The translations under genes and the position numbers were made by a program. DNA of 64,000 nt. Origin: Dicyema japonicum (taxonomy: Eukaryota > Animalia > Dicyemida). The DNA lies in the NCBI GenBank assembly GCA_011109175.1, contig RDEW01000015.1, positions 832,868 through 896,867 on the forward strand, written 5' to 3'. The notes beneath the pieces are model-generated. The model did not search any database, was not told the origin of the DNA, and was given only the letters and a program-made list of their open reading frames with translations. Positions 26,400-38,597 of this stretch are shown here, in pieces; the first letter of the stretch is position 1, and each line of letters starts with the position of its first letter.

Positions 26400-27105
26400 A
26401 GATTAGCCAGCATCGCTGTGCCTGTTTGTTCTCAGGGGCGAATTCAGAGAGCTGTGCTTGACTCAACGCCATTCCCAATGGAGTTTTGGGTATTTTTCTG
26501 GATGATGAATGCGTTTTTATTTGGATCTCATTAAGACTGGGATTAAGAGTCTGTGTTCCAAATCAGTGCCGATGCGGAGACCAGATCTACTGTTTTGGCT
26601 TACATCCTCTCTCCTACAGGAAGAGTGTAGGCAGATTTCCCAGGCAAATGGCCTTGAACGACGTCGTTAGACGAGCTTTGGGCGCCGCCGGACACTCCTC
26701 CATGCTCGAAACAGTCGGCCTTCGCAGGCGGGACGGGAAAAGTCCAAATGGGATGACAATCTTCTTTTTTGAAGCCGGGAAACCTCTTGTTTGGGATGTC
26801 ACCTGCACCGACACATTTGCCCTTTGCAACCTTCTCCAGAGTGTCCCTGGAGCCTGTTCTGCAGCTGAGAGGGCCGAGAGGTTGAAACTGCCAAAGTACC
26901 TACCCAATGATTTTTTTGTTCTTTCCGATCGCCGTTGAGACGTCTGGTTCCCTTGCGCTTGCGACGCTGAAATTCTTGAGTCGTCTAGGGAATCGGATTT
27001 CTAAATGATTAGGACACCCTTTTTAGCGCTGTTGGTTATTTGAGCGAATCTCGCTCGCCATCCTGAGAGGGAATAGCCACGCAGTCAAGGCTGCCGCTAT
27101 ATGAT
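26400..27105 (+). mobile_element. CRE-clade 3' half (CCHC finger plus REL)
   Basis: FLDDECV.I.ISLRLGL..CRCG..HPLS..GRF.R..LND..RRRDGKSPNGMT..WDVTCTDT..ILRGNSHA. Confidence 0.85.
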
Positions 27106-27354
27106 TATTCGCTCTCTTTTTTCCTTAATAAGATTTTCGAAATAATACATATCAGGCTTATTGGCATATAGCTTTCTGGATTTAAAATCCCTTCTTCACG
27201 ATCGTGGAGGAGTTGTGTGGGATGAAACTCGTGGAGTAGTACTTCATAAATAGATCACTTGATAATTAGTTTGGTTTTACCGTGGTTTTGGGTTAAATAA
27301 ACATAAAATAAATAAAATTGACTAATTGACTAACCAACCCAAATGAGAAACAAG

Positions 27355-28290
27355 ATTAATTTATTTATTATCCCCGGATACACCGAGAAAGAAGTTAAAG
27401 TAAACAACTAATTAAGTGTATCCCGTTTCTACTTCAACAGACACAGAGTCCATCCGGGATTAACATAAAAAGTAAAAGACGCCCATACTTGCAGTTGCGG
27501 AAACCAGTCCAGTGGAGTGGGAGAAAGCAAATGATCCTTTTTATGTGCCAGCCAGGCACTGGGCACCACCTAGACAGATAGACCTAGACTCTAGGTCGTC
27601 CCCCATTTTGATCTTTTTTTCACCTGGTTTAGATCTTTGTTTAAGACAATCGGCAATGTCATTTTTGGTCGTCCGCTGAATGGTTTTTCGCAACTGTCAA
27701 AGTAATCTTCCATCGCTTTGTTAGCGGATGCGTCTGGGTTCATTCTTAGAACATGTCCAAACAGCCTCCACCGGTATAGCCTCCATCTGTTGATATTATA
27801 TCTAATAAACATTTCATCTGCCAAAAAAGGTCCAGTTCGCAGCTCAAGCGATTGAGGTAAGTGATCACTCCCTATATCATTTTCGACATGGGTTTTCATT
27901 ATTCACGAAAAAATCTTTTATAATCTTTGAATAATTCTTTAATCTTTTAGAATAAATTCCTCCAATTGGATCCAACCAATAGAAGTGTACAAATCAATAC
28001 TTTTTGTAGAAAATAGAAATGCCTGTATCAGCTATGGCACCGCAACGCCATGTAATATCATTATATCCCGGGATATTAATAATTCCAGGTTTTTTCATCT
28101 TCGTTTTATTAATAATTAATACATCAGCGCTGGTAAGGGCTACCAACTCCGCAGCCCGCTTCCTAAGAGAACGGGCATTAACCAGGGTTATCCTGGTTAT
28201 TTCTGATTTATTTGGTGGCTGTCCTCTCTTCTTAAGAGCGCCACCAGGCCGAGTAAAAACTTTGCATCCTTCTTCGTTCTTATCGTATTT
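27355..28290 (-). mobile_element. Chimeric LINE remnant: I/jockey-type APE fused to an RTE C-terminus and 3' UTR
   Basis: NARSLRKR..IPGY and IGSDHLP (APE) run in frame into RWRLFGHVLRM..GRPKMTLP. The 3' UTR matches 55381-55612. Confidence 0.7.
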
Positions 28291-28518
28291 TTAATATTTT
28301 GAGATAATTGGCCAACAATATAATGTAAACGTCCCTCTTCCCGAACGTTTTTTTTAATGTTGGCTCTTCCCCGTCATTAGGAACTTCTGGATTAGTGATG
28401 TACTAACAAACTGTGTGTGAGATCCACTTTCAACGGAAGATAATGGGTCAATCGGTTTGCCACTTCTAAATTTTATTTAAATTAATTTATATCAATTCTT
28501 AATAAAATTTACAAAGTA

Positions 28519-31500
28519 CAGTAAACTCTCCCAAATTTGATATTTTTCAGTATTTTTGCGGCAATTTTGGAATTGGTAAATTTTAGAATTTAATCAATGA
28601 TTTAAAAGTAGTTTTTGGGAAACTTCTCATCGATGAAAATAACTAAATTTGATTTTACTACGAAAACAAAATTTATTTAAAAAATGATAAAAAATGAACG
28701 AAATTCTCAGATGAAATATAAAAAAACGAAAAGAAGACGAAATACGAGGAACAAGCCAGTACGGACAAATCAGGTATGTCTCTTATGTGGACAATCAAAT
28801 ATCAGGAAATTTGGAGTTAACCGTACGCCAGGTGAATCATTCGTTTATTTGGGCTGCATAAAAATTAGTAATGCTTCGCCGAGCCGTTGTCGAGTTGGCT
28901 GTGCCCCTCTTGTATTGGAATGGAGACCCCCAGGCGGGAAAAAATAGCTCAGCCAAACTTTACACTGCCACATACTGACCACACTCTTGAAAATCTTGAA
29001 AAAACCTCCGGAAAGCCATTAAGATTCCAGTAAAATTCCCTAAAAGTACGAATTGCCGCAGCAACATGTCTTTCAGATGCCATCGATCACGCACTATCCT
29101 TTGACAGTTGGGAATCTGGCTAAAACTTATATGCTTTGCACCTGTCGCATTTAATATCTACAACGGAATCTGAACAATAAGAAAACAAAACTCCGACTCA
29201 ACTTATCCGGGAAACTGAAACGAAACATAATGAATTTTAACTGTCATCATAATACTTGAACACACTTTAATGTCAATGAGGTCGAAACCAGAAGAGCATA
29301 CACCAAGGATGCTCCTAACAAACTAAAGGAGAGAGTAAACCGGAAACTTCTGGAGGGCGACGTGCGGGCAGCCTTACGGGTTATCACGTACGATGACACA
29401 GTATTGTCTTGTACCCCGAGGTCCTAAATACCTTAATACTGAAGCACCCAGATGCACTGACTGACTATGAAAAGTTTTTGAATCCTGAAGGAACCCGGAA
29501 ATTATCATTACGAATCCAAAGTGCGCCACGGAATAACTTCCTTCGCCGCTAGCAGCGCAGAGGCTTGGAGGGTTACTCATGGCCTCCATTAAGGACCTTA
29601 CGTCCACTTACACCTCGGAAGCTAAACGCTGTCTTGTCAAATCAATTACGGACCTAGTCATAAAATTGTCAACGGCGACATCCAAAATATGCCAGAGAAT
29701 TGCTCTTTTCCGCAAGGCTACTTGCTTTCAAAAAACCCAATGGAGGAATCCGTCCCATTGAGGTCGGGAACTATTTTAGAAGACTTGCAGCAAAGGTAAC
29801 ATTGACCCTGGTGAGCCGACAATTTGGAGAGGAGTTCTTTCCTAAACAAATGGGTGTTAGTATCCAGAACGGATGTGAGGTTGCGGTTCATGCAGCAAGG
29901 CGTTTCTTCACACAGAAAAATATTTAAAATGAATGCATTGGAATCAAGTTGGACATAACGAATGCCTTCAATTCTCTCAGAAGAGACGAAATTATGAAAA
30001 CGTGTTGGAAGAGGGCTCCAAAGCTTTTCCCTCTTGTCAATCTATCCTATGGGGAAGATACGTCTTTGGTTTTTGAAAATGAAATTATTAAATCAAAAAC
30101 GGGTGTCAACAAGGAGATCCGCTCGGACCTCTTTATTTGCCTTGACCATTGATGAGGTTGAGATCAATTGATGCTCAGCTAATTCTCTGGTACCTCGATG
30201 ATGCCATAATTGGAGGATCGTTCAAAGAAACATACAATTCATTACGTACAGCGTTACTCGCTTTAAAACATTTGGGCTTGGACATCAATGTTAACAAATC
30301 AGAGCTAATAAATGTCTCATATTCATACACCGACTTCCTCTCTATCAAGGAGTCTTTTAACGAACTGCTTCCTGGGATCCCGACTGTGCCAGTTGATAAA
30401 ATATATTTCCTCGGATGCTCACTCAGGGAAGAAGAACTCAAAAACCATCTACTTTTCAAAAATGAAGAATTAACACGCCTTGCGAAAAATTATCACGTCT
30501 CGACTCTCACACATCTTCATCCTGATGAGAAACAACACCGGACTACCTAAGCTTTTATATCCATTCCGATATTCACCCTGCTACGAACAATACGACAGTC
30601 TACTTTCGATAGACAAATTTCTCTAACAAACTGTTGAGTCACTAATTAACGTCCGCTTCGACGAACTTAGTTGGAAGCAATGTAAGCTTCCCTCTGGATT
30701 TGGGGTGTCGGAAGATCCGCACTGGAGGTTGCGTACCCGGAATATTATCGTCTCTCTGAAGCTACAGCCATTTGAAACGGCAAGTCCTTCATAACACTAT
30801 TAAACTTCGCTGGAATGAGTCATTTGTCGGAAATGGTACAGGTCCGGACTCAAAATCCCCGAAGACACAACGAAGCAAAGTAATTGGGATAACATTGTCT
30901 GCTTCAAAATTTTGGAAGACCTTAAAAAAAGCAAATCAACATCGTGTGGCTTGTTTGGTGTTAGCTTCAAATGGAGCACGGCTTGGTGCAATACCTTGCC
31001 CAAACATCGGGACCTTTTTGGACGACGATTCTTTGAGGATTGGAATCGGACAAAGGACTGGACTAGACGTTTGCCAGGAACACCGATGCCGATGTGGGAA
31101 AACAGTTGACGAAGGGATTGCACCCGCTGTCCTGCAGAAAAAGCGCCGGAAGAGGACCACGTCATGCTGCTCTGAACGATGTGATCGTCAGAGCTCTGAA
31201 GGCTACAGGCTTCCCACCACATTTCGAACCAGTGGTTCTTGATCGAAGAGATGGAAAGACCTGACGGTATGACTTTTTCTCCTTCACGTCTGGGACGCAA
31301 CTTGTGTAGACACGTTCCAAGCACGAATATTTTCAAATCGGTTCAGGCACCTGGAGCAGCTGCTTCGACCGCGGAGAACCTAAAAATCAAGAAATATTCT
31401 TGCCTCGGGGACCGCTACCGATTTACTCCTGTTGCGACAGAATCATCGGAAGCCGTTGGTCCAATGACGGCTGAGTTTTTGCGAGAACTCGGAGGAATGC

Positions 31501-31808
31501 TTGCCAGAAAGAAAAGGATCAACGTCCTTCGGCAAATGTTCACTTTAAAAAAAGAAAAATTCATTTGCAATTCTTTGGCATGATAATTAGTTGTTGTCTT
31601 CCTTATAACGCAATATTTGCACTTTTTGTTTGAAAGTGAGTCCTTAATATCGACCACTAGAATCACAATGAGGCATGCTACTTGAATAAAATTTTATTGT
31701 TTTAATTTTGAGTTATTTTTTTTAAAAACGGTAAATTTCCACTAAAATTGCAATATTTCTTTAAAAAATGGCAAATCTGAAAATTGGAAAATTTAAGAGA
31801 GTTTACTG
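28519..31808 (-). mobile_element. pogo/Tigger-like DNA transposon hosting a nested CRE element
   Basis: TIR cagtaaactctc / gagagtttactg with TA on both sides (28517-18, 31809-10). HTH start LTFKQKVQILRYKE..LSCQRIANEF on the minus strand at about 31560-31650. Confidence 0.8.
28800..31530 (+). mobile_element. Near full-length, frameshifted CRE-clade retrotransposon
   Basis: Degenerate PHD; RT (ARLLAFKKPNGGIRPI, GCEVAVHA, KLDITNAFNSL, WYLDD); CCHC finger; REL (RPDGMT..TCVDT..KY..PVATE). Confidence 0.9.
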
Positions 31809-32134
31809 TATTCGTTTATAATTCAACAGACCACTTTTAAGTATGGGGAACCATCCCAAATGCAAGTACATTTAGATGGGAGGAGTAGGCTCTTTATGTT
31901 TCAAACTAGAATGAGTGACACCTTTTCCGGTAAGCCACATGACACCAGCTGACATGCTCATGGTAAACCTTTCTGACCATTTTAAATAAATTACTAAAGT
32001 GATAATTTCTTTAAAAATAAAAATTTATTTGATGAAATTACAAGTCAGGTTAATTATAGTTCGAACGTTGTATTATAATTTCCATCCACCGTTACGAACT
32101 AACCAACCCCAAACAAATCAAAAAAATTCACAAT

Positions 32135-33569
32135 TCAAAACATTCCAGTGAACAATTTATTAAGAGATGGATATTTAGTATAAAGACCATTGTAAGCAGT
32201 TCTGCACGCATCCTTGAAAGAGGCCAACTGAAGTTTCTTCACGTTCATTTCCACTGTCTCCAGTGGATGCTGCAGAAAAACGGTGTACCCACTGAAAGAA
32301 GCAACATCCATTCCCGTCATCAAGTCCAGCTTTTTTTCTGTAAAGTCAAAATTAGCGTAAAAATCAAAAAAGCCTATAAGGGTATCACCTAGAGTCTCAA
32401 GTGAACCACCAACCTAATTCCAAGTCAACAAACTCATTAGGGGGATTAAAATTATCTTAAAGTAATAAAACAAAAAAACCGTTCAAATCCATCACCTGCG
32501 ACAACGGGGGAACACCACATTTCTTTATCAGATAAAACAAAATCAGCTGATTCAGTCCAAAGTTTCCAAAGCAATTTATCTTATTAGTTTTTGCCCACAT
32601 CGTCAGGGAACACACGAGGATGGGGAATCCAGGGACAATGGCAGAGTAAAATTGTAAAATGAAGACAAATTTATATTCCTCACACTAAAATAAGGCAACT
32701 GACTACCAATTTCCTACACTGAGGTAACAGTTAATCCCACATAGATCAGAATTGAAGCGTATAATTGGTACCCTGACTTTGAAAATCTCCAACGTACGGG
32801 ATAAGCCTGAATTCCGAATCAAACTTGCCACTGTTCTCAGAATATGCCTTTTTCCATTGAAACTCTCAGAGTCGATAGTCAAGATCTTTATGCTCTGTGC
32901 ATTTTTTGTTTCCGGCAATATGCAAGGTTCAGAGCACTGAAGTTCGATGTCAAGATCACTTTCATGAGTAGCGAGTCCAGTGACTGAGGATCCGTATGGG
33001 ACAAAACGGCATTCTATCAACTTGGAACATATGTCATCGAGTTGCTGGCAAATAAAAGCACGGAGTTCAAATTCAAATTCCGTGAGACGAGATTTGTCGT
33101 ATAAATAAGTCATCTGCTCACTCAACTAACACGTGACAACAAGAGACACCTTCACTCGTAGAGGAGGCCTGATAGTCTGCTTTTCCATCCTGTAGACATC
33201 ACAGGATGAAGAAGATACTACCCCCGATCTTCTGGAAGGATTAAATGATAGAATCCGTGATGATAAAACGACAAAATCATTATATTCCTTTGAAGACTTC
33301 GTGGATTTAAATAAATCCGTGACAGAATCAGGGGACAAAAACTGAGCGTAAAGATAACGAGTCTGTTGTATTAAAAACAACAAACTTGTATATTACTAAC
33401 GCTAACAATCTCCACCATTTTCTCGATCGGTCCGAATTGTTTCAGTGCCTCATATACCGTCCCCGTGTACTTGTAAGAGTTGACCTTAAATTTACTGGAA
33501 TGGGATCACCTTTATGGCTATGGCAGACTTTGCCTTCTCCAGGTGCTTGGATAAAAAGTTATTAGCCAT
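32135..33569 (-). CDS. MTPAP: Mitochondrial poly(A) polymerase-like nucleotidyltransferase; third catalytic Asp is Tyr; frame break(s)
   Basis: N-terminal RL domain (LKQFGPI..YAQF), PYGSSV..SDLDI, RVPIIRF..CYLS, WAK, FFDFYANFDF, LQHPLE. Micro-introns of about 22-38 nt. One base is missing at 32656-32659; the junction near 32410-32430 is unresolved. Confidence 0.8.
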
Positions 33570-33917
33570 GTGGAATTTGGCATAAGTTTAAAATATTTAT
33601 TTTCGTTTGGAAAATATTAATTAAAAATAATAATCAAATTTTGGAATATAATACTCAAATTCTCAGTTTTAATTTAATGCGTCATTTTTTATTTTCCCTT
33701 CAGGCTTGAGAATTGGGGTAATCAAGGAATTCTTCCATTAGTAGTTTATGTGAATTCATTTAATAGTTATATAACCTAGATAACACGAAACCATGGGTGG
33801 GTGCTTGAGGTGAATAGCAAGACAGATGCAGGGGCACAGGCACTTGTGAACGTAGCAATTTAATGTCGTGGATACTTTTTGATTTTTCACATCGTTCGTT
33901 GAGGTTCGACTGTTTTT

Positions 33918-36085
33918 TTGATTATGCTTGTTGTGAGAAAAGCCCCTAAAGAGAATGTTCCCACTTTGAGGAAAAATGTACCTGCAAAGTCTTCTGAAAT
34001 GTGTTCTTCCTGTCGGCTAGTCAAAACTCGGAAACGTGAGATCTCCTGCTCTGCTTGTGGAGATTTCTACAACCTCGGCTGTATCAAGCTATCCCAAGCC
34101 GCAGCGACCGTGCTTAGATTATGGCACTGTTTCATGCCTCGACCTATGCAAGGAGGTTCTCCGTGCCGCCTCATCTCTGAGTTACGTTCTTCACGGACTA
34201 TCCCTGTGAGGATCCCCAAGGTCGTACGACCTGTGACTGCGGAGGCTATTTCCAAAACGATCGAAGATGCCCTCCGGACTAACGCAGTACAGGATTGGGT
34301 GCGTCCATTCAGTTTTGGGCCTTCCGTACTGGGATTGATAGATTTGATCACGGAAAGGAATCTCTCGCTACCACCATGAGGACCAACATGCGTTCTTTTA
34401 TAGGACTAACCCACTCCCCAATTGCCCCACAGCTTCTAACCGTACGCAGGAGACACGTTGTCCGAACGAGGAAGTCGAAGTGCTCCGTCTCAAGAGAACT
34501 GTTCGGTCGAAGTTAATCGAAGGTGGGTGGTACTCACGCAGCCATCAAAGTGGACCGCAAAAATTGACTCCCAACGCCTACAATATTTTACTGAACAAAC
34601 ATCCTCTGCCACCCCACAACCTACGTCCAGTCGCTCCCCCATCCGGAGTGAGTCCCCTGACTGTATCAAATGATGAAGTTCTCTTCGTAATAAGGAATTT
34701 TTCTCCTAGAGCCGTGGCGGGCTCGATGGAATGAGACCTAGCTATCTGAAAGATCTATCCTCTTTATCCGTAGGAGACCAGGGATTCGTCTTACGAATTC
34801 AATCACTTCACTTATGAACCGGATCCTGTCTGGAGTAATCCCCTAAGTTATCCGCCATGTCTTGTTCTCCGATAATTTGATCGCCTTCGATAAGAAGTGC
34901 GTGTGTTCTCCTGGGATGTGAGGCCGCTGTCCATTCAGTGAGGACATTCATAAACCGCAGTAAAGAAGATTCCCGGGGGCATGTCCTGGTCAAACTGGAC
35001 ATCAAAAACGCCTTCAATAGTATAAGGAGGGACAATATCTTGGAGGCGTGTATTGAGAGATTCCCTAATATTTTTGAATTTGTGTATCAGTTACTCGGAG
35101 AGACTCTGAACGGCTTGTGTCTATTTGATATGCATACATCATTATTCCTCCTGAAAAACAGTCTCAACATACAGATGCTTGCATTTGTCCTGAGGACTGC
35201 TACCTATTTCACTCAGTGTGATCAACTCGAACAGATTAACAAGATTTTCCGTTCAACAGCGGAGCGCATCTTCAACGTCCTGAGGATTACTCATGGAACC
35301 AAGCCACACTGTCAGTGAGATTCGACTTGGAATTCGTAACTTTGTAGACGTTTTTTCCCCCTGCATATCTCTCGTCGCTAATGGCCAACACCCTTGTCAA
35401 GAGGATTCCCCACTCCTTCCCTGAATTCTCTATTAACCCCATGCCTGTTTGTTGTCGGGGGCGTCTTCCGAGAGCGGTGCCTGGTTCAACGCCATTTCCA
35501 CTAGAGTTTTTGGGTACCTTTCTGGATGATGAATGCGTCCGTATTGAAATCTCATTACGACTGAAATTAAAAGCCTGTGTTCCACATCCGTGCCGATGCG
35601 GAGACCAGATCGACTGTTTTAGCCTACATCCTCTCTCCTGCAGGAAGAGTGCAGACAGATATCTCAGACACATGGCCTCGAACAAAGTCGTTATGCGAGC
35701 TTTGGACGCCGCCGGATACCCCTCTATGCTCGAACAAGTCGGTCTTTGCAGGCGTGACCGAAAACGGCCTGACAATCTTCTTTTGAAGCCGGGCAACATC
35801 TTGTCTGAGACATCACCTGCACCAACACGTTGCCCCTTGAAACCTACTTCAGAATGCCTCTGGAACATATTCTACCGCTGAGAAGGACGATTGGTTGAAA
35901 CGGGCAAAGTACGCGGTCTTACCCAATGATTTTTTCGTTGAGACGTCTGATTCCCTTGCGCCTGCGACGTTGGAATTCTTGAGTCGTTTAGGGAATCGGA
36001 TTTCTACACGATCAGGCGATCCCCGTTAGCGCTTGTGGTTTTTCGAGCGAATCTCACTTGCCATCCTGAGAGGGAATAGCCACGC
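33918..36085 (+). mobile_element. CRE-clade retrotransposon with PHD, internally deleted RT, CCHC and REL
   Basis: CSSC..CSAC..YNLGC..WHC, RIPK, KLDIKNAFNSIRRD, HPCRCG..HPLSC..RH, RPD, ILRGNSHA. Confidence 0.9.
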
Positions 36086-36129
36086 AGTTGATCAGTTGCT
36101 AACTTTTTTCAGACTTGGAATGAAGATTT

Positions 36130-36620
36130 GCCAGACTCACAAGTGATAGTGCGGTGGTACCGTCGACTGTTATGGATATCATGCTCTTTATGCCATGGAA
36201 GGATGATTCCCAAGAAATAAGGAGTTTAACGGAATTTTGAAGCGAGCTTTGGTTTTTGCTGATTACTTCTCTACATTGGAACCCACAGGTCTAGATAGAG
36301 GAAATGGAAAACCGAACGGACGGAGTAACAACCTTTCCTTTCGAAGTGAGGAAATCTTTAGTTTGGGATGCAACATGTGTCGACTCACTCTCCTCCACTA
36401 ACATCATCGAAAGCACGGTATAGGTACTTTCCACCCAGAGAAAGAAGAGAGAGCTAAAGAAAAGAAGTACAGATAAGAAACAAGTCCCTAATCTCACTCA
36501 AAAAGCTCGGACGTATGGCCTCGCTCAGAAGCCACGATGACCTTGAAACACAATGGCTCGTCCAGTTTATCTCCATAGCGGTCCAGAGGGAAAACGACAC
36601 ATCAATAAAGTCAGCGGGAA
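36130..36620 (+). mobile_element. CRE-clade REL 3' fragment
   Basis: LEPTGLDRG..DGVTTFPF..LVWDATCVDS..ISIAVQR. Confidence 0.8.
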
Positions 36621-37942
36621 TATAATAATATTCAAATAAACTTTATAGTTCAATCATACAAGCCATGTTTGTATTTTTGTTTGTGGACTTTATAATCGAT
36701 GTACAGTAAATCGTCTTGAATCCACAATTCCACAAATAAAAATACATTTTCTATAACAAAATTCTCGAATCCGCCATTCTCTCTAACAAAATTTAATGTT
36801 TAAAAAAATGAAAGAAACTTATCCGTTCTTACGTGTACTAAATGTGGTGAATTCCTCATTTTTAGAAATTTATGCTTTGAAATCTAAAAATTATGGATTC
36901 GAGACGGTTTACTGTTTTATGTACCAAATTTTTAACGTCTCTATATTCAAGAATATCTCATTCTTAACCGATAACAATAACTAGCTTGTAATTCCTCAAT
37001 TCTTCCTAAAAACGGATCTTTAGAGTTACTTAAAATTAGTACATCCGATGGTTCCTTTTTTTAAAACTTCAGGTTTCTTGTGTTTCGTGAATTCATTAAA
37101 AAGGGGTACAGAGGTTATGTCCATCTTTAAGAAATGAAGACATCAATTGTAATTTATTTAAAACTCGTAATCTTTTTCTATACGGCCTCCCATAATGGAA
37201 TTATAAGACTGTTCTCTTTTTCGCGAACTTCATCGAACCTTTCCAAAGAGTAAACTTAATCGCTGCCATCTTGATTTGTGCATGAGCGAGACGATCTTAT
37301 CGCTCTTTAAATGTGAAACCAGTGCTCATGTCACTTTTTAGACATAGCATAGTAGTGCCTGGAAAACTTTTTCTTCTATCAATATTTCATCCGTGAAGTC
37401 CCTTTTAATCATAACCAGAACTGCTAGGTAACGTAATGCGTCCACGTTCTTACCATTCTCCAATAAACAGTATTGCCATTGATATCTTTTGTAATGTGAA
37501 ATATGTCTGGCGTTAGCTTTTTCGTGGAGAGACTCAGTCCCTCGTTATACACACCAATGATTAATTTATACCATGTAATTTTTTCAATTTCCTCCAGAAA
37601 TCGTTCCCGGTTTAGAAAACTAGAGTGCTACCACATCATCCGTATAACTTAAGATTGGCTGCGAATAAAACTGGACTCAGAATTGATACTTGTGGAACTA
37701 GCTCATGTTTCACAACGGAAAATTTCTAGAAAAGAAAATGTTTAATCGATCTCATCAATCCCAAAATAGCTACAGTTCTGGATATTCAGGTTTTATGTCA
37801 ACTTTGTCGAAAGCCACGGATATATCGAGGAATGTAGCACTTAAGTGTCATTTGAAATTCCTGGCTTTGTAAATTTCCGAGTTGAGGGAAGCAGGCTCCA
37901 CAAGAATGTCCTTAAAAAAATATCGATATTCGGAAAGATCAG

Positions 37943-38165
37943 TTAACTTCCAGCAATTAAATTTCGATTTTTTGCCTCAAAACTTTTCTTATTGCATCAA
38001 AGTTATCTTAGTAACCCCACAATATAACTTAGCTTATTTTTAATACAATTTAATTTAACTTCCAGCAATTATAAATTTCGATTTTTTGCCTCAAAACTTT
38101 TCTTATTGCATCAAAATTATCTTAGTAACGCCACAATATAACTTAGCTTATTTTTAATACAATTT
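37943..38165. repeat. Tandem duplication of about 112 bp (2 copies)
   Basis: ttaacttccagcaatt...ttaatacaattt occurs from 37943 and from 38055; no N at the join. Confidence 0.85.
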
Positions 38166-38597
38166 ATGGAATTTCCGGTTCCATTGCGCATACCTTTGAA
38201 GCTCGGTGTCCTGGATCGACTAGAAATTCAGATTTCGACGCACACTTGGGGTCTCCACGAGCGCTGTTGGGTATTTGAACGAACCTCACAACGGCCAAAC
38301 AGTCAAAGCGGTTAAATTTATGGAAAAAAACTAAATTGGCTACGAAAACTGAGAAATCAATAATGCAATCTGTTACTGCATCTCACAAGATGGAAATAAT
38401 TGGTTAATGGATAATTTAAATTGGCTAATAAAAATCCCCACAATCGTTTCATAATGTAATATCAGATTCAATACAAGTCGCACATTTATTAACTTTATTT
38501 AAATCGGTCAGATATTTAAAAATATAAAACAATATTTTTAAATAATAACAATAAATAAAAATAATTAATATTTAAAAATATTTTAAGTCGAACTATA

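Noticed and set aside
37000-37620. Possible transposase remnant on the minus strand
   Set aside because: Only scattered, frameshifted resemblances; no ends or TSD found.
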